From a virus, in the IMG/VR virus record IMGVR_UViG_3300012662_000001, positions 1 to 64,000 of that record: a stretch of 64,000 nt of DNA; one strand, given 5' to 3'. How positions within the stretch are numbered: position 1 is the first letter of the stretch; every line of letters starts with the position of its first letter. The translations under genes and the position numbers were made by a program. Of this stretch, positions 44,476-52,977 are shown in pieces. The notes under the pieces were generated by a model. It searched no databases, was not told the DNA's origin, and saw only the letters and a list, made by a program, of their open reading frames with translations.

Positions 44476-44898
44476 ATGAAAAAGTGGATTAAGAAGAAGT
44501 TCAAGGGGTTTTTCGAGTGGGCTTTCAGTGAAGAACTCGACAATATGAGAACCACCTGTGACAGACAGCAGCACACAACATCCCAGATGCAGAAGGAGAT
44601 AGAAGACTTGCGCATCCTTCAGAACCAACTCAACATCTATGAGAGAAAGTTGAAGGCACTTCTGGGCAGCATCTCTGTGTCGGCCAATCTCCCTAAAAAG
44701 GCGGAAAACTGGGCGGTGATATCCATTCAGGGTGAGCAGATAGACTATGTGAAGTTCATCGCTCTACCGAAGAACGATATGATCGCCATCAGTCAGTTCC
44801 TTGCACAGTTCCAGTCTCACGCACTGGAGACAAGTCCAGCGAACTATAATCTTGTGAACGGCAAGATAATCGAAATTAAGAACAACAAACAGCAGTAG
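44476..44898 (+). CDS. hypothetical coiled-coil protein
   Basis: 140-codon ORF. Confidence 0.5.
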   Translation: MKKWIKKKFKGFFEWAFSEELDNMRTTCDRQQHTTSQMQKEIEDLRILQNQLNIYERKLKALLGSISVSANLPKKAENWAVISIQGEQIDYVKFIALPKNDMIAISQFLAQFQSHALETSPANYNLVNGKIIEIKNNKQQ

Positions 44899-44900
44899 AA

Positions 44901-45677
44901 ATGAAACTTTCAGAAAAAAGAATCGTGTTCGTCGATATGGACGACACCCTAATTAAGACAGCGTCAGGCAAGACCTTTCCTCTGGGCGTGTACGATATGA
45001 CGCTTCGCCTGGACGTGTTTGCAAAGATAAAGATGATAGCCCCGAATGCGGTGTTCATCGTGTCCAATCAGGGTGGTCTGGAGACAGGTAACGTCAACCC
45101 AACGCTCTTTCAGCACAAGTTTATGTATGTGATAGCGGCTCTGCAGGAGTTTCTCGGACTGCACACATTCGTCGCAGGAAAGTTCTGCCCGACCCAGAAC
45201 CCAAAATTTGAGGGTCGCAAGCCGAACACAGCAATGCTCACTTCTATGCTGGACGAGTTTGAGCAGATAGTGAAGGACTACAAGTTTACCAAGGAGGAGT
45301 GTGTGTACATCGGTGACACGCTCATTGACACGGAATGGAAGACGGCTGAGAACTTCGGATGTGACTTCGTGCCTGTGGAGGACTTCCTCGGTATGCACGT
45401 TGATCCTCCCACCTATCGCATCGTGAACAAAAAGGACTGTTCCGACTATGACGGCAGGATTCTTACCAAGGCTGAGGCCGTGCAGATAGTGCGTGAACAC
45501 ACTAATGAGAACGGTGAAACGGAATGGGACATCGTTCCAAGCAAGTTCCTCCCTCCAAAGCCTGATGCAGCTCCGGAACCTGAGGACAAAAACAAGCCGA
45601 GATCAAAGAAGGAAGTCAAGGTCGTCGTTCCTCCGTTCGTGAAAAAGGCGGCTGAGAAAGGAAAACTGAAGAACTAA
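44901..45677 (+). CDS. HAD-IIIA phosphatase (polynucleotide 3'-phosphatase/GmhB-like) with Lys/Pro-rich tail
   Basis: VFVDMDDTLIKT (DxDxT), VSNQGG, GRKPNTAML, IGDT. Confidence 0.7.
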   Translation: MKLSEKRIVFVDMDDTLIKTASGKTFPLGVYDMTLRLDVFAKIKMIAPNAVFIVSNQGGLETGNVNPTLFQHKFMYVIAALQEFLGLHTFVAGKFCPTQNPKFEGRKPNTAMLTSMLDEFEQIVKDYKFTKEECVYIGDTLIDTEWKTAENFGCDFVPVEDFLGMHVDPPTYRIVNKKDCSDYDGRILTKAEAVQIVREHTNENGETEWDIVPSKFLPPKPDAAPEPEDKNKPRSKKEVKVVVPPFVKKAAEKGKLKN

Positions 45678-45681
45678 GATT

Positions 45682-45708
45682 TTCGGGGAGCAATCCCCGA
45701 ATTTCTTT
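45682..45708 (+). terminator. rho-independent terminator
   Basis: TTCGGGGA-gcaa-TCCCCGAA followed by TTTCTTT. Confidence 0.7.
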
Positions 45709-45748
45709 ATGACATCAGTTATATCTACAACAAATAAAATTACAGATT

Positions 45749-46432
45749 ATGAATTCAGAGAACTACTATTTCGTGTTTAAGGATATGAACAGTTCCTGTG
45801 GACGTGTCAAGGTTATGACATACCCCATTGAGAATCCAAGCAAGAACGCCCTTAAGAAAAAGGCCAAGAACATCATTGACAACGCTCAGAAAGCAGGAAT
45901 GCGGCTGGCTCTGCTGGAAGCCTATCCAGTAACTGAAAATGTATCTCAGAATCTACCGAAGCTGTCACGTCACACCAGAAATGAGCACCTTTACAAATAT
46001 GAAATTAATATGGGTGACATCCGTAGTGACAGAACCATTCGTGTTGACATCTATGAGTGCAGCACCGCTCCATATCTTCTCAATGAGAAACGTATCAAGG
46101 TTGTGTCTGAGGAATATGTGCAGAACGAGATTCGCAACGGCTATGAGATACTTGGAATCGCCTTTATGGGCGAAGAACAGTTTGTCACCGAGCCTATTAG
46201 TGACAGTGTGGTGGAAAACTCTCGCAAATCGTCTAAAAAGGACGAATATGTGTGGGTTAAGGTCAAGGACGGTGATGACGGTAACGGCATTAATTGGATT
46301 CCGGCTCGCAGAACCTCCAACGGTGAGATTGTGTCCTTCGTGGGTCTTATGTTCACGGACACTCCGAAGGAGGACACTCGCTCGTTCACGGACTGTCCAG
46401 TTCCTGGATACGTTATTACTACAACGATGTAA
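45749..46432 (+). CDS. hypothetical protein
   Basis: 227-codon ORF. Confidence 0.5.
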   Translation: MNSENYYFVFKDMNSSCGRVKVMTYPIENPSKNALKKKAKNIIDNAQKAGMRLALLEAYPVTENVSQNLPKLSRHTRNEHLYKYEINMGDIRSDRTIRVDIYECSTAPYLLNEKRIKVVSEEYVQNEIRNGYEILGIAFMGEEQFVTEPISDSVVENSRKSSKKDEYVWVKVKDGDDGNGINWIPARRTSNGEIVSFVGLMFTDTPKEDTRSFTDCPVPGYVITTTM

Positions 46433-46477
46433 TGAGCATCGCATATTGTTTGTAAATTCCATTTGAATAGGTTGTTG

Positions 46478-46509
46478 CCCGATCGCCTGTGACAGGTTAT
46501 CGGGTTTTT
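46478..46509 (+). terminator. rho-independent terminator
   Basis: CCCGAT..CCTGT-g-ACAGG..ATCGGG followed by TTTTTC. Confidence 0.7.
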
Positions 46510-46520
46510 CTTTATATTAA

Positions 46521-46554
46521 TCCTTGGATAATTCCAGACATTCCACTATATTTG
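46521..46554 (+). promoter_or_regulatory. promoter/operator cassette P10
   Basis: TCCTTGGATAATTCCAGA, then TATATTTG, then the TAATCATTAAATCAC leader. Confidence 0.6.
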
Positions 46555-46582
46555 CCGTATAATCATTAAATCACGTTACACT

Positions 46583-46861
46583 ATGAACAGCAGCATCACA
46601 TTAAAATCATTCAAATTTCAGAACAGCTCAGGATACATCAAGACGGACTATGTTCAGATATGGTTCAAGGACAGAGAAGTGGGGGTCATCGCTCCGGAGG
46701 GCATCTTTCTTCGTATGTATGATCCTCACTGCAAGGAGGGCATCCTGAGGCCAATTGAAGCACCCAAAACAAACGATGTTTCAGTGCTTACAAGGTTCTT
46801 CAGGGGTCACTTTGACGCCATCAATGACCGCTACACGACTGTGTTCAGAAATGAGCAGTAG
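46583..46861 (+). CDS. hypothetical protein
   Basis: 92-codon ORF behind P10. Confidence 0.5.
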   Translation: MNSSITLKSFKFQNSSGYIKTDYVQIWFKDREVGVIAPEGIFLRMYDPHCKEGILRPIEAPKTNDVSVLTRFFRGHFDAINDRYTTVFRNEQ

Positions 46862-47044
46862 GTTGCACATAAAACAAACTAAACGTATATTTGCCCCAAA
46901 GAAAAACGTTTCATAAGGGTGAATTGGTTTAGTCTTTTTGTTAGTGTTTAGGTTAAACTGGGGATTGACATTGCGGCTTACGAACTTCTTTCTTGTTGTT
47001 TGATTGGTTGTTATGTATTTGCTTAGATTTCTTTTCAATGAGCA

Positions 47045-47082
47045 GCCGAGGAGTACGGGCGTGACGCTTCTACTTCCTCGGC
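47045..47082. terminator. hairpin at the convergence point of the plus- and minus-strand blocks
   Basis: GCCGAGGAGTA...TACTTCCTCGGC (one bulge). Confidence 0.5.
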
Positions 47083-47118
47083 AATCCTTTTGTATATATA
47101 TGTTCGCAGAAATGTTTC

Positions 47119-47574
47119 CTACACAATCGTGAAGTCAAGATGGACGTCGTCCACATCAATGAAGCCCTGTTCCACAAGCAGAGTTGCTATTGTACAGCCG
47201 TCCGTGAACCGCACGTCAATGACTGGATACAAATTAGTGACAACGGTGAACGAGCCAACCTTTTCTCTGTGCAGATTGTCCCATACAGGCACGACAGGCG
47301 GCCTTCGCTCTCGTGTGCGCACGCCGAACGTGCCGCCATCCTTGAGAATCGTTCTTGGCTGAACCAGAACTGTCTCCAGAGACCTGATGTACTTGCGCTT
47401 CAGCAGACAGAATGCCGTTCTACAGACGTCTCTGTTCAGTGTGATGTAGTCAGCGGACACGTGAAACTCCTCACGCACTCTATTACGAAAGTAGTTCGTG
47501 TCCTCCTTCAGCATATCGTCAAAGTCCATACGAAGCAGGTTCAAAAGCCGCTCCTCTACTTTAGCATTACCCAC
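47119..47574 (-). CDS. hypothetical protein (last gene of the minus-strand island)
   Basis: 151-codon ORF overlapping the peptidase gene by 19 nt. Confidence 0.5.
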   Translation of the reverse strand: MGNAKVEERLLNLLRMDFDDMLKEDTNYFRNRVREEFHVSADYITLNRDVCRTAFCLLKRKYIRSLETVLVQPRTILKDGGTFGVRTRERRPPVVPVWDNLHREKVGSFTVVTNLYPVIDVRFTDGCTIATLLVEQGFIDVDDVHLDFTIV

Positions 47575-48152
47575 GATTCAATGATTTTATCAAAGTCACT
47601 TATAGGAAGACAGCCGTATCCATACGACCCCCAATCCAGACCCCACGTGTTCTTAAAGGTAAGTTCATCCTCACTGAACGCAGTCACCGTGACAGCGTGA
47701 TAACCCACAGGGCGACCCTCTCCAAGCCAGAACTGATTCGTTGCATTGTAGACAGGCAGAGCGATGAGAATCGGACCGCACGACACAAGAGCCGACTTCA
47801 TAGCCATAACGGACGGAATTCGAGCGTATAGAGAGACAATGCCGTTCTTCCGAAGTATTTCCATACCCTCCCGAGGTGTCATTCCCTCAACGGCCTTATT
47901 CTGTCTTCTGTCGTACACCCATCGTCTGTCTATGGGACACGTGTCACGGCTCCACTTCTCTCTGTCATACCTGACCATCTCATATAGGCACTGAGACACG
48001 CAGCTTCCATCAGCACCCTGATTGATGACGTCATTCCTAACATCAGCTCCAAAGAGTTTTGGAGTGGCTGTTGACAGAATCTGAACATATTCCACGTCCT
48101 TTGAACTTGCTCCTGACGGCTCGCAGCCGCATCTAATGTTCTTCAGTATCAT
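47556..48152 (-). CDS. papain-like cysteine peptidase (C1 family)
   Basis: VINQGADGSCVSQC (Gln oxyanion plus catalytic Cys), GYHAVTVTAF (His), KNTWGLDWGSYGYG (Asn-x-Trp-Gly). Confidence 0.7.
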   Translation of the reverse strand: MILKNIRCGCEPSGASSKDVEYVQILSTATPKLFGADVRNDVINQGADGSCVSQCLYEMVRYDREKWSRDTCPIDRRWVYDRRQNKAVEGMTPREGMEILRKNGIVSLYARIPSVMAMKSALVSCGPILIALPVYNATNQFWLGEGRPVGYHAVTVTAFSEDELTFKNTWGLDWGSYGYGCLPISDFDKIIESWVMLK

Positions 48153-48468
48153 AGTAGATTGAAATTATCAGCCATATCAGTGAATCCGTGCAGACGCAGA
48201 ACGTGCTGAAGCTCGTGCACAAACTCGACTTTTATGTTTCCAGACCAAAAACAATTCTTGTTTGAATCATAGTCCAGAATGAAGTCTGGATCCTCTTTAT
48301 CACCCATAGAATAGGCCGCCCATCCTTGCTTCCAGCCGTCTCGCAGAAGCCGACTTCAATCTCTTCGTGTCAATCTTCAAAAGTTTCATCACAAAACGAC
48401 ATTCTTCTTGGTTTATTGCTAAAGATAACCTCCTCTCTGTGCTTCCAGTTTACCGCTACCCACGCCAT
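48149..48468 (-). pseudogene. disrupted HExxH metallopeptidase-like gene, or alternatively two short genes of 32 and 52 aa
   Basis: The 3' part (48149-48307) encodes MGDKEDPDFILDYDSNKNCFWSGNIKVEFVHELQHVLRLHGFTDMADNFNLL and ends in an ATGA overlap with the peptidase start. The 5' part (48370-48468) ends at an in-frame TGA and is in a different frame. Confidence 0.35.
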
Positions 48469-48469
48469 A

Positions 48470-48769
48470 CTACTTCCTTCTAAATCTAACGATTGATTTT
48501 TCATTCATTAGTTCCAAAACAGAAATGGTGTATGTTTTACGTCTAAATCTTACTTCATTGTTCACCATTGTCATAGTTGTGGAATCACTTGCTGTGAGCA
48601 CGGCTCTATCCGTCCACATATCATAGGGAAGCAGAATGAAACCGTTGGACGTTGTTAGACTGTCAATTGTCCTCTGTGGGGTGTAGGTGCGTACCTCCAG
48701 ATACTGAACTCCGGAGCCACAGCCTACAAGCAACATTGCAGTCATAGTAATTATCATTAATCGTTTCAT
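48470..48769 (-). CDS. lipoprotein
   Basis: MKRLMIITMTAMLLVGCGSG, a signal peptide plus lipobox Cys. Confidence 0.6.
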   Translation of the reverse strand: MKRLMIITMTAMLLVGCGSGVQYLEVRTYTPQRTIDSLTTSNGFILLPYDMWTDRAVLTASDSTTMTMVNNEVRFRRKTYTISVLELMNEKSIVRFRRK

Positions 48770-49281
48770 AAGTCGTATTCCTTTGCTATTTTAACGGATT
48801 CCTCCTTGGTCATCGGGCGAACGTGATCCCAGCCCAAGTCATCAAGCAAACCCTGTGTTATGGGATAGTTCACGTGAACGTTGCCGTCCAAAGTGCAGTA
48901 GCATCTATGCTCATCATCACGGAACAGCACCACGTCCGGATAATTCTGTCTCCAGAATATAGGGTCGGAGAACGCCACCATAACGTCACTCCACTCCGTT
49001 TCCAGACCGTGCGGCCTGTCAACATTAGGTTGAACGGACATTATTGACCGAAATTCACTCTCTGTGAGACGTCTTGCAGGTGCTTGCAGTGAACTGGACT
49101 GTTGCTGTTCCAGAAGTCGCTGTAACTCGGTGTTCTTGATCGTAAGCTCCTCAATCAGAGCGTTGGCGTTGTCAAGCTCCTTCTGTAGATCCTTGACCTC
49201 ACGTTCCTTGAAATACATCTTTCTTTCAAGGCGGTCTATCTCCGCCTTGAAAGTTTGCATATTTTGTTCTATCACTGACAT
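48766..49281 (-). CDS. hypothetical coiled-coil protein
   Basis: 171-codon ORF; N-terminal heptad-rich region. Confidence 0.55.
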   Translation of the reverse strand: MSVIEQNMQTFKAEIDRLERKMYFKEREVKDLQKELDNANALIEELTIKNTELQRLLEQQQSSSLQAPARRLTESEFRSIMSVQPNVDRPHGLETEWSDVMVAFSDPIFWRQNYPDVVLFRDDEHRCYCTLDGNVHVNYPITQGLLDDLGWDHVRPMTKEESVKIAKEYDL

Positions 49282-49283
49282 TG

Positions 49284-49856
49284 TTAGTCCTTTAATGCAG
49301 TGTCCTGATTTATCTCCCCGATACCGAACTCCTTATAGTCTCGACCAATGAAGACGATGTAGATTCTTGAAGCATAAGGCTTGTCCCAGAACTGATAATT
49401 GTATCTAAATGTATGCTGATGTTCTGTAAGATACATAATCTCTTCTCGAGGATTGCCATCACTATGATAGTTATAGACTTCACATTCCTTTTCCAGTATC
49501 TTACAGTATTCCTCTATTGCCTGTTGTCTGTTGGAACTTACACCGTCTTCCTTGAATAAAGGGAGTGTCTTTATCATTCGAGTGTCACTCCAGATAATAT
49601 TCTTGCTGTTGGCCGCAAGCATAACTTCCCCAATGGATCTCAATCCAGCATCACTGCATCTACCAAAGTTGATATAGACCTGATTATAGCCGACTACTTC
49701 ATAGGAAACATTTCCCTTGCGAAGCTCTGAAAGCAGAACTGTGAGATTACCACCGACGTGCATTTCCTCGATGGAGAAGAAATCAGCGGCATAGACTGAA
49801 ATCGAAAGACAAAATGCTGCAATGACAGCAGCGATAATTGTAATAAATCTTTTCAT
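49284..49856 (-). CDS. secreted hypothetical protein
   Basis: MKRFITIIAAVIAAFCLSISVYA signal peptide. Confidence 0.55.
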   Translation of the reverse strand: MKRFITIIAAVIAAFCLSISVYAADFFSIEEMHVGGNLTVLLSELRKGNVSYEVVGYNQVYINFGRCSDAGLRSIGEVMLAANSKNIIWSDTRMIKTLPLFKEDGVSSNRQQAIEEYCKILEKECEVYNYHSDGNPREEIMYLTEHQHTFRYNYQFWDKPYASRIYIVFIGRDYKEFGIGEINQDTALKD

Positions 49857-49869
49857 AATACGAAATTGT

Positions 49870-50823
49870 CTATAGTTGTGAAAATATGTGTTTCAGTAGA
49901 ATGCCAACGAAGTTCACGTCCCAGCCGTTGCCAGCTCTGTTCCAGAGTTGATTGGGTGTCAGTCCGGCATAGTCAAGTTCACCGTCTCTAAACCCCATAA
50001 ATCTGAATCGTTCATCAGCGGACATACGTCTGACAATTTCTCTTCCGTCACGTGGCGGCTCAACCACATAGAAAACGTTGTGTTCCTCCAGTATGGTTCC
50101 AGAGAGACCGTCCGTGCGAACCTTGCGATTGTAGAGGTCGAGATTGGCGGCTTCAGTGACCTGAAGCTGATTGCCGAGCCTGTACTTCTCTTTGATGTAC
50201 TGTATACGCTTATCACTAAGATACAGTGATGGGTCTGGGTGCTCGTCAAGAAGATCCTTGAAGCGCAGACTAGAAGGACACTTCGATGGAACAATACTGA
50301 ACCCCTCCGGAAGACCTCCAAGCCGTGCGAATATCCAGACACGTTCCCTGTTCTGCGGTATGCCGTAGTCCTTGCTGTTCATAAGGCCGTAGGCGATATC
50401 ACCATAGCCAAGCTCCTTGAATGCGTCTTTGATAAGGTTAAATGTCTCTTCAAACTTCCTGGATAGGAAGCCCTTGACATTCTCCAGAAGAACATACTTC
50501 GGCTTCTTAACGGAGCACACATAGATGATGTCAGCGAAAAGTGTGCCACGACCATAGCGGTCTCTTTCTCCTTCCTGATCACCTATGAGGCTGAACGGCT
50601 GACACGGAAAGCCGCCTGTGAACAGGTCAAAGTCAGGCAGCTCCTCTGGATTCAACTTGGTGATGTCACCGTAGTTCCTGATGTCAGGGAAGTTAGCGGC
50701 CAAAAGTTTGTTGGCATCCTTGTTGATGTCGGACTGACCCACTACCTTAAACGGTATTCCGGAGCGTCTTAGACCGAATGACGCTCCACCGTATCCTGCG
50801 AATGTTTCAAATACTCGTAGCAT
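49870..50823 (-). CDS. dcm: DNA (cytosine-5)-methyltransferase (second copy, different family member)
   Basis: FETFAGYGGASFG (I), GGFPCQPFS (IV), ENVKG (VI), QNRERVW (VIII), GNGWDV (X). Confidence 0.9.
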   Translation of the reverse strand: MLRVFETFAGYGGASFGLRRSGIPFKVVGQSDINKDANKLLAANFPDIRNYGDITKLNPEELPDFDLFTGGFPCQPFSLIGDQEGERDRYGRGTLFADIIYVCSVKKPKYVLLENVKGFLSRKFEETFNLIKDAFKELGYGDIAYGLMNSKDYGIPQNRERVWIFARLGGLPEGFSIVPSKCPSSLRFKDLLDEHPDPSLYLSDKRIQYIKEKYRLGNQLQVTEAANLDLYNRKVRTDGLSGTILEEHNVFYVVEPPRDGREIVRRMSADERFRFMGFRDGELDYAGLTPNQLWNRAGNGWDVNFVGILLKHIFSQL

Positions 50824-50825
50824 AA

Positions 50826-51098
50826 TTATCTGTAGTTTTGGATTTTCTCGAAAAAGACATTAATGGCTTCCAGAATGGCCTGAAGATCCAGACCGCTGAA
50901 CTCTGACGGCTCATATTCATTACCCCAGATGTCGGCCACGTTGATCCAACCGTTCCCCTTGCGAATCACTGACTTAATCTGTGCGAAGTCACCGTTAACA
51001 GTTGCACAGTCAAGTGGGTGTGAAAAGAAAAGTTCCGTGTTAAGAGGAAGAGTGGACTTGATGAATGACTTAAAGTCAGAAACTGAAAAACGTGCCAT
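50826..51098 (-). CDS. hypothetical protein
   Basis: ATG at 51098 is the first start downstream of the minus-strand promoter cassette. Confidence 0.4.
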   Translation of the reverse strand: MARFSVSDFKSFIKSTLPLNTELFFSHPLDCATVNGDFAQIKSVIRKGNGWINVADIWGNEYEPSEFSGLDLQAILEAINVFFEKIQNYR

Positions 51099-51153
51099 AA
51101 TGCAAAGCAAAATAAAAACCAACAAACAAAGGCAACCAACCTGATTGCAAGTG

Positions 51154-51186
51154 CAAAGGTAGTCATCTTTCTTGGAAATCCAAGGA
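51154..51186 (-). promoter_or_regulatory. promoter/operator cassette P13 on the minus strand
   Basis: minus strand reads TCCTTGGATTTCCAAGAAA, 19 nt, then TACCTTTG. Confidence 0.55.
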
Positions 51187-51211
51187 TTTTATCAAGAATT
51201 TTCTAAAAAAT

Positions 51212-52003
51212 CTATTCGTCCAAAGATGGGTTTTTATTACTCATACAGCCGTTATCTGTAACCTTAAATCTTATGCCAATAACACGAGCCCTTTTCTTGG
51301 CAATCACCTTTTTAAGAATATATTCATACTCGAATGTAAGCCTACATCCTCTATCATCAATCTCCTTTTTACATTCCTTAATATAGTCCGTAACAAAGCG
51401 ATTAGTGTCTATCTGTTCTGGACAGTCCAGCCGCTTGCGAAGTTCCTGCAAGTCCGCATCCCAAACTCCAGCACCATATTTAGGATGCTTGCGGTTAAGG
51501 TTTTCTGACAAATAAAGGTACAAATTCATAGATGTAGGCCGTTGAAGAGCCATAAAAGATTGAACACAAAAAGAAGCATAACCTGTTTTCTTGGAAAAGT
51601 CCAACAACCATCTAAGAGAACGTGGTGGAATTCCCACCCAATATCTTCCATCCTTATTTAGAAGAGTGTAGAATAGAGGAAATGTAGCCTTTCTACCTTG
51701 TTCATCCACTTCATCTATGACGTTAATCTGCGTCATCTTTTCAAGTAGAGATCTTACACTGCCATTATGAGACATTACATATTTAGGTTCGATCTCTACT
51801 TCAAATTCAGAAAGGCTGTTTAGTGGAAAAATTTGTTTTAACCTTTCTGTGTCAAGAGTTTTCCAGTCCACTTCTTCATTTCCTGGAATAAATTCCTGCA
51901 AGGCTTCCACTACAACAGCCCAACAGCGTTTCTGTCGAGCAGAACTGTATTTTGTCACATCTCTTGTTGCACGTTTCGTTGTGCGTAAAATTCTTTTGCT
52001 CAT
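51212..52003 (-). CDS. putative replication initiator (Rep), paralog 2
   Basis: Paralog of 38634..39503 along its whole length; iteron array directly upstream. ATG at 52003 is downstream of the -7 box. Confidence 0.5.
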   Translation of the reverse strand: MSKRILRTTKRATRDVTKYSSARQKRCWAVVVEALQEFIPGNEEVDWKTLDTERLKQIFPLNSLSEFEVEIEPKYVMSHNGSVRSLLEKMTQINVIDEVDEQGRKATFPLFYTLLNKDGRYWVGIPPRSLRWLLDFSKKTGYASFCVQSFMALQRPTSMNLYLYLSENLNRKHPKYGAGVWDADLQELRKRLDCPEQIDTNRFVTDYIKECKKEIDDRGCRLTFEYEYILKKVIAKKRARVIGIRFKVTDNGCMSNKNPSLDE

Positions 52004-52023
52004 TTCGTTTGTAATTTGATGCA

Positions 52024-52031
52024 CAAATATA
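52024..52031 (-). promoter_or_regulatory. -7 box TATATTTG for rep paralog 2
   Basis: TAnnTTTG on the minus strand, 20 nt upstream of ATG 52003. Confidence 0.45.
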
Positions 52032-52067
52032 CAAATTATTTTCATAAACTATAATCCGTTCGTCTGT

Positions 52068-52146
52068 GGGGGGTTTTACACCTCTATTTGGGGGGTTTTA
52101 CACCTCTATTTGGGGGGTTTTACACCTCTATTTGGGGGGTTTTACA
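52068..52146. repeat. 3.6 tandem 22-bp iterons, GGGGGGTTTTACACCTCTATTT
   Basis: perfect copies at 52068-52089, 52090-52111 and 52112-52133; partial fourth copy at 52134-52146. Confidence 0.95.
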
Positions 52147-52943
52147 TTTCTGTAAAATTCTGTAAATGAAATAGTTATCGGGAAAAGAGGCCTCCTGTAA
52201 TAGTAGGGGTAATAGATATTGGGTAATAGTATGATTGTTTATTGATAGTATTACTCCTAAAGTCGTAATACATATCACAATCATACTATTACCTGAAATA
52301 GAAGGGAAATTAAGAAAAGGGAACCGAAACGTCACATCTGAAAATGGAGGGGCTTCGAAAGGGGACTCCTCCCTTACGGTCGGAGGTCTTGTCTTCCCCT
52401 TTCTACGCCCAGGAGAGGGTCGACAGAGCGACCCTGTTTCCTTATAGGAGAATCCTGTATGAAATGCCGTTATACAAACAGTCGTGTCAAGGCCGCAAAG
52501 AATTCAACATTCTTCCCTTCACACGCTTGAGAACGGATAGCATAGATGGGCAGTGCAGTTCCCTATGAAAGTCGTTTATGGAGCAGACATAAAAAGACAC
52601 ATAGCGAAAAGACGGTTGGTTCGATTCCACCTCCGTGGCCTAATTATTTCGGCCTTGTGCTGTAACGTGTTTTGTATTTGATTTGTGATTAGGTGAATTT
52701 GTCAGTTTTTAGACGATTTAGGCGATGTTTGATGTTGGTTCAGTGTAGTTGTCAGGTTTGTGATTAGTTTGTTCCTATATTGCGTAGAATTTTAGTTTGG
52801 ATATCATATTTACGAAAAATTGAGTTTTATCAGTAGTTTTAGAGTTTACAGAATTTTTCTTTTTCGTGTCATTATGCAGGTCGTCCACCGTCTGGGAAGT
52901 AAGGTTCTCCACGGTGGGCATTTTTATGAAAAATCGTGAAAAG

Positions 52944-52977
52944 TTCATTGGAAATTTCAGAAAGGCCACTATATTTG
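52944..52977 (+). promoter_or_regulatory. promoter/operator cassette P11 (a second TATATTTG lies at 53025-53032)
   Basis: TTCATTGGAAATTTCAGAAA, 19 nt, then TATATTTG. Confidence 0.5.

Noticed and set aside
48370-48372. In-frame TGA as evidence for stop-codon reassignment (TGA to Trp, or TAG to Gln, as in some gut phages)
   Set aside because: Every other gene in the window, including the late structural genes (portal, MuF, protease, capsid), is intact under the standard code. An isolated stop plus a frameshift fits gene decay or sequencing error.
52068-52146. Tandem 22-bp repeats that could be mistaken for a CRISPR array
   Set aside because: The repeats are contiguous with no spacers and lie directly upstream of a Rep-like gene promoter. 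This is iteron architecture, not CRISPR.
52576-52639. Possible tRNA gene: T-loop TTCGATT, with an acceptor-like 3' strand TCCGTGG that can pair with TTATGGA at 52576-52582
   Set aside because: Only 64 nt long. Just 32 nt lie between the acceptor and T arms, too short for D and anticodon arms. The acceptor stem would need three G-U pairs, the T-stem has a mismatch, and no anticodon stem could be folded. Kept only as a tRNA-like fragment or possible att remnant.
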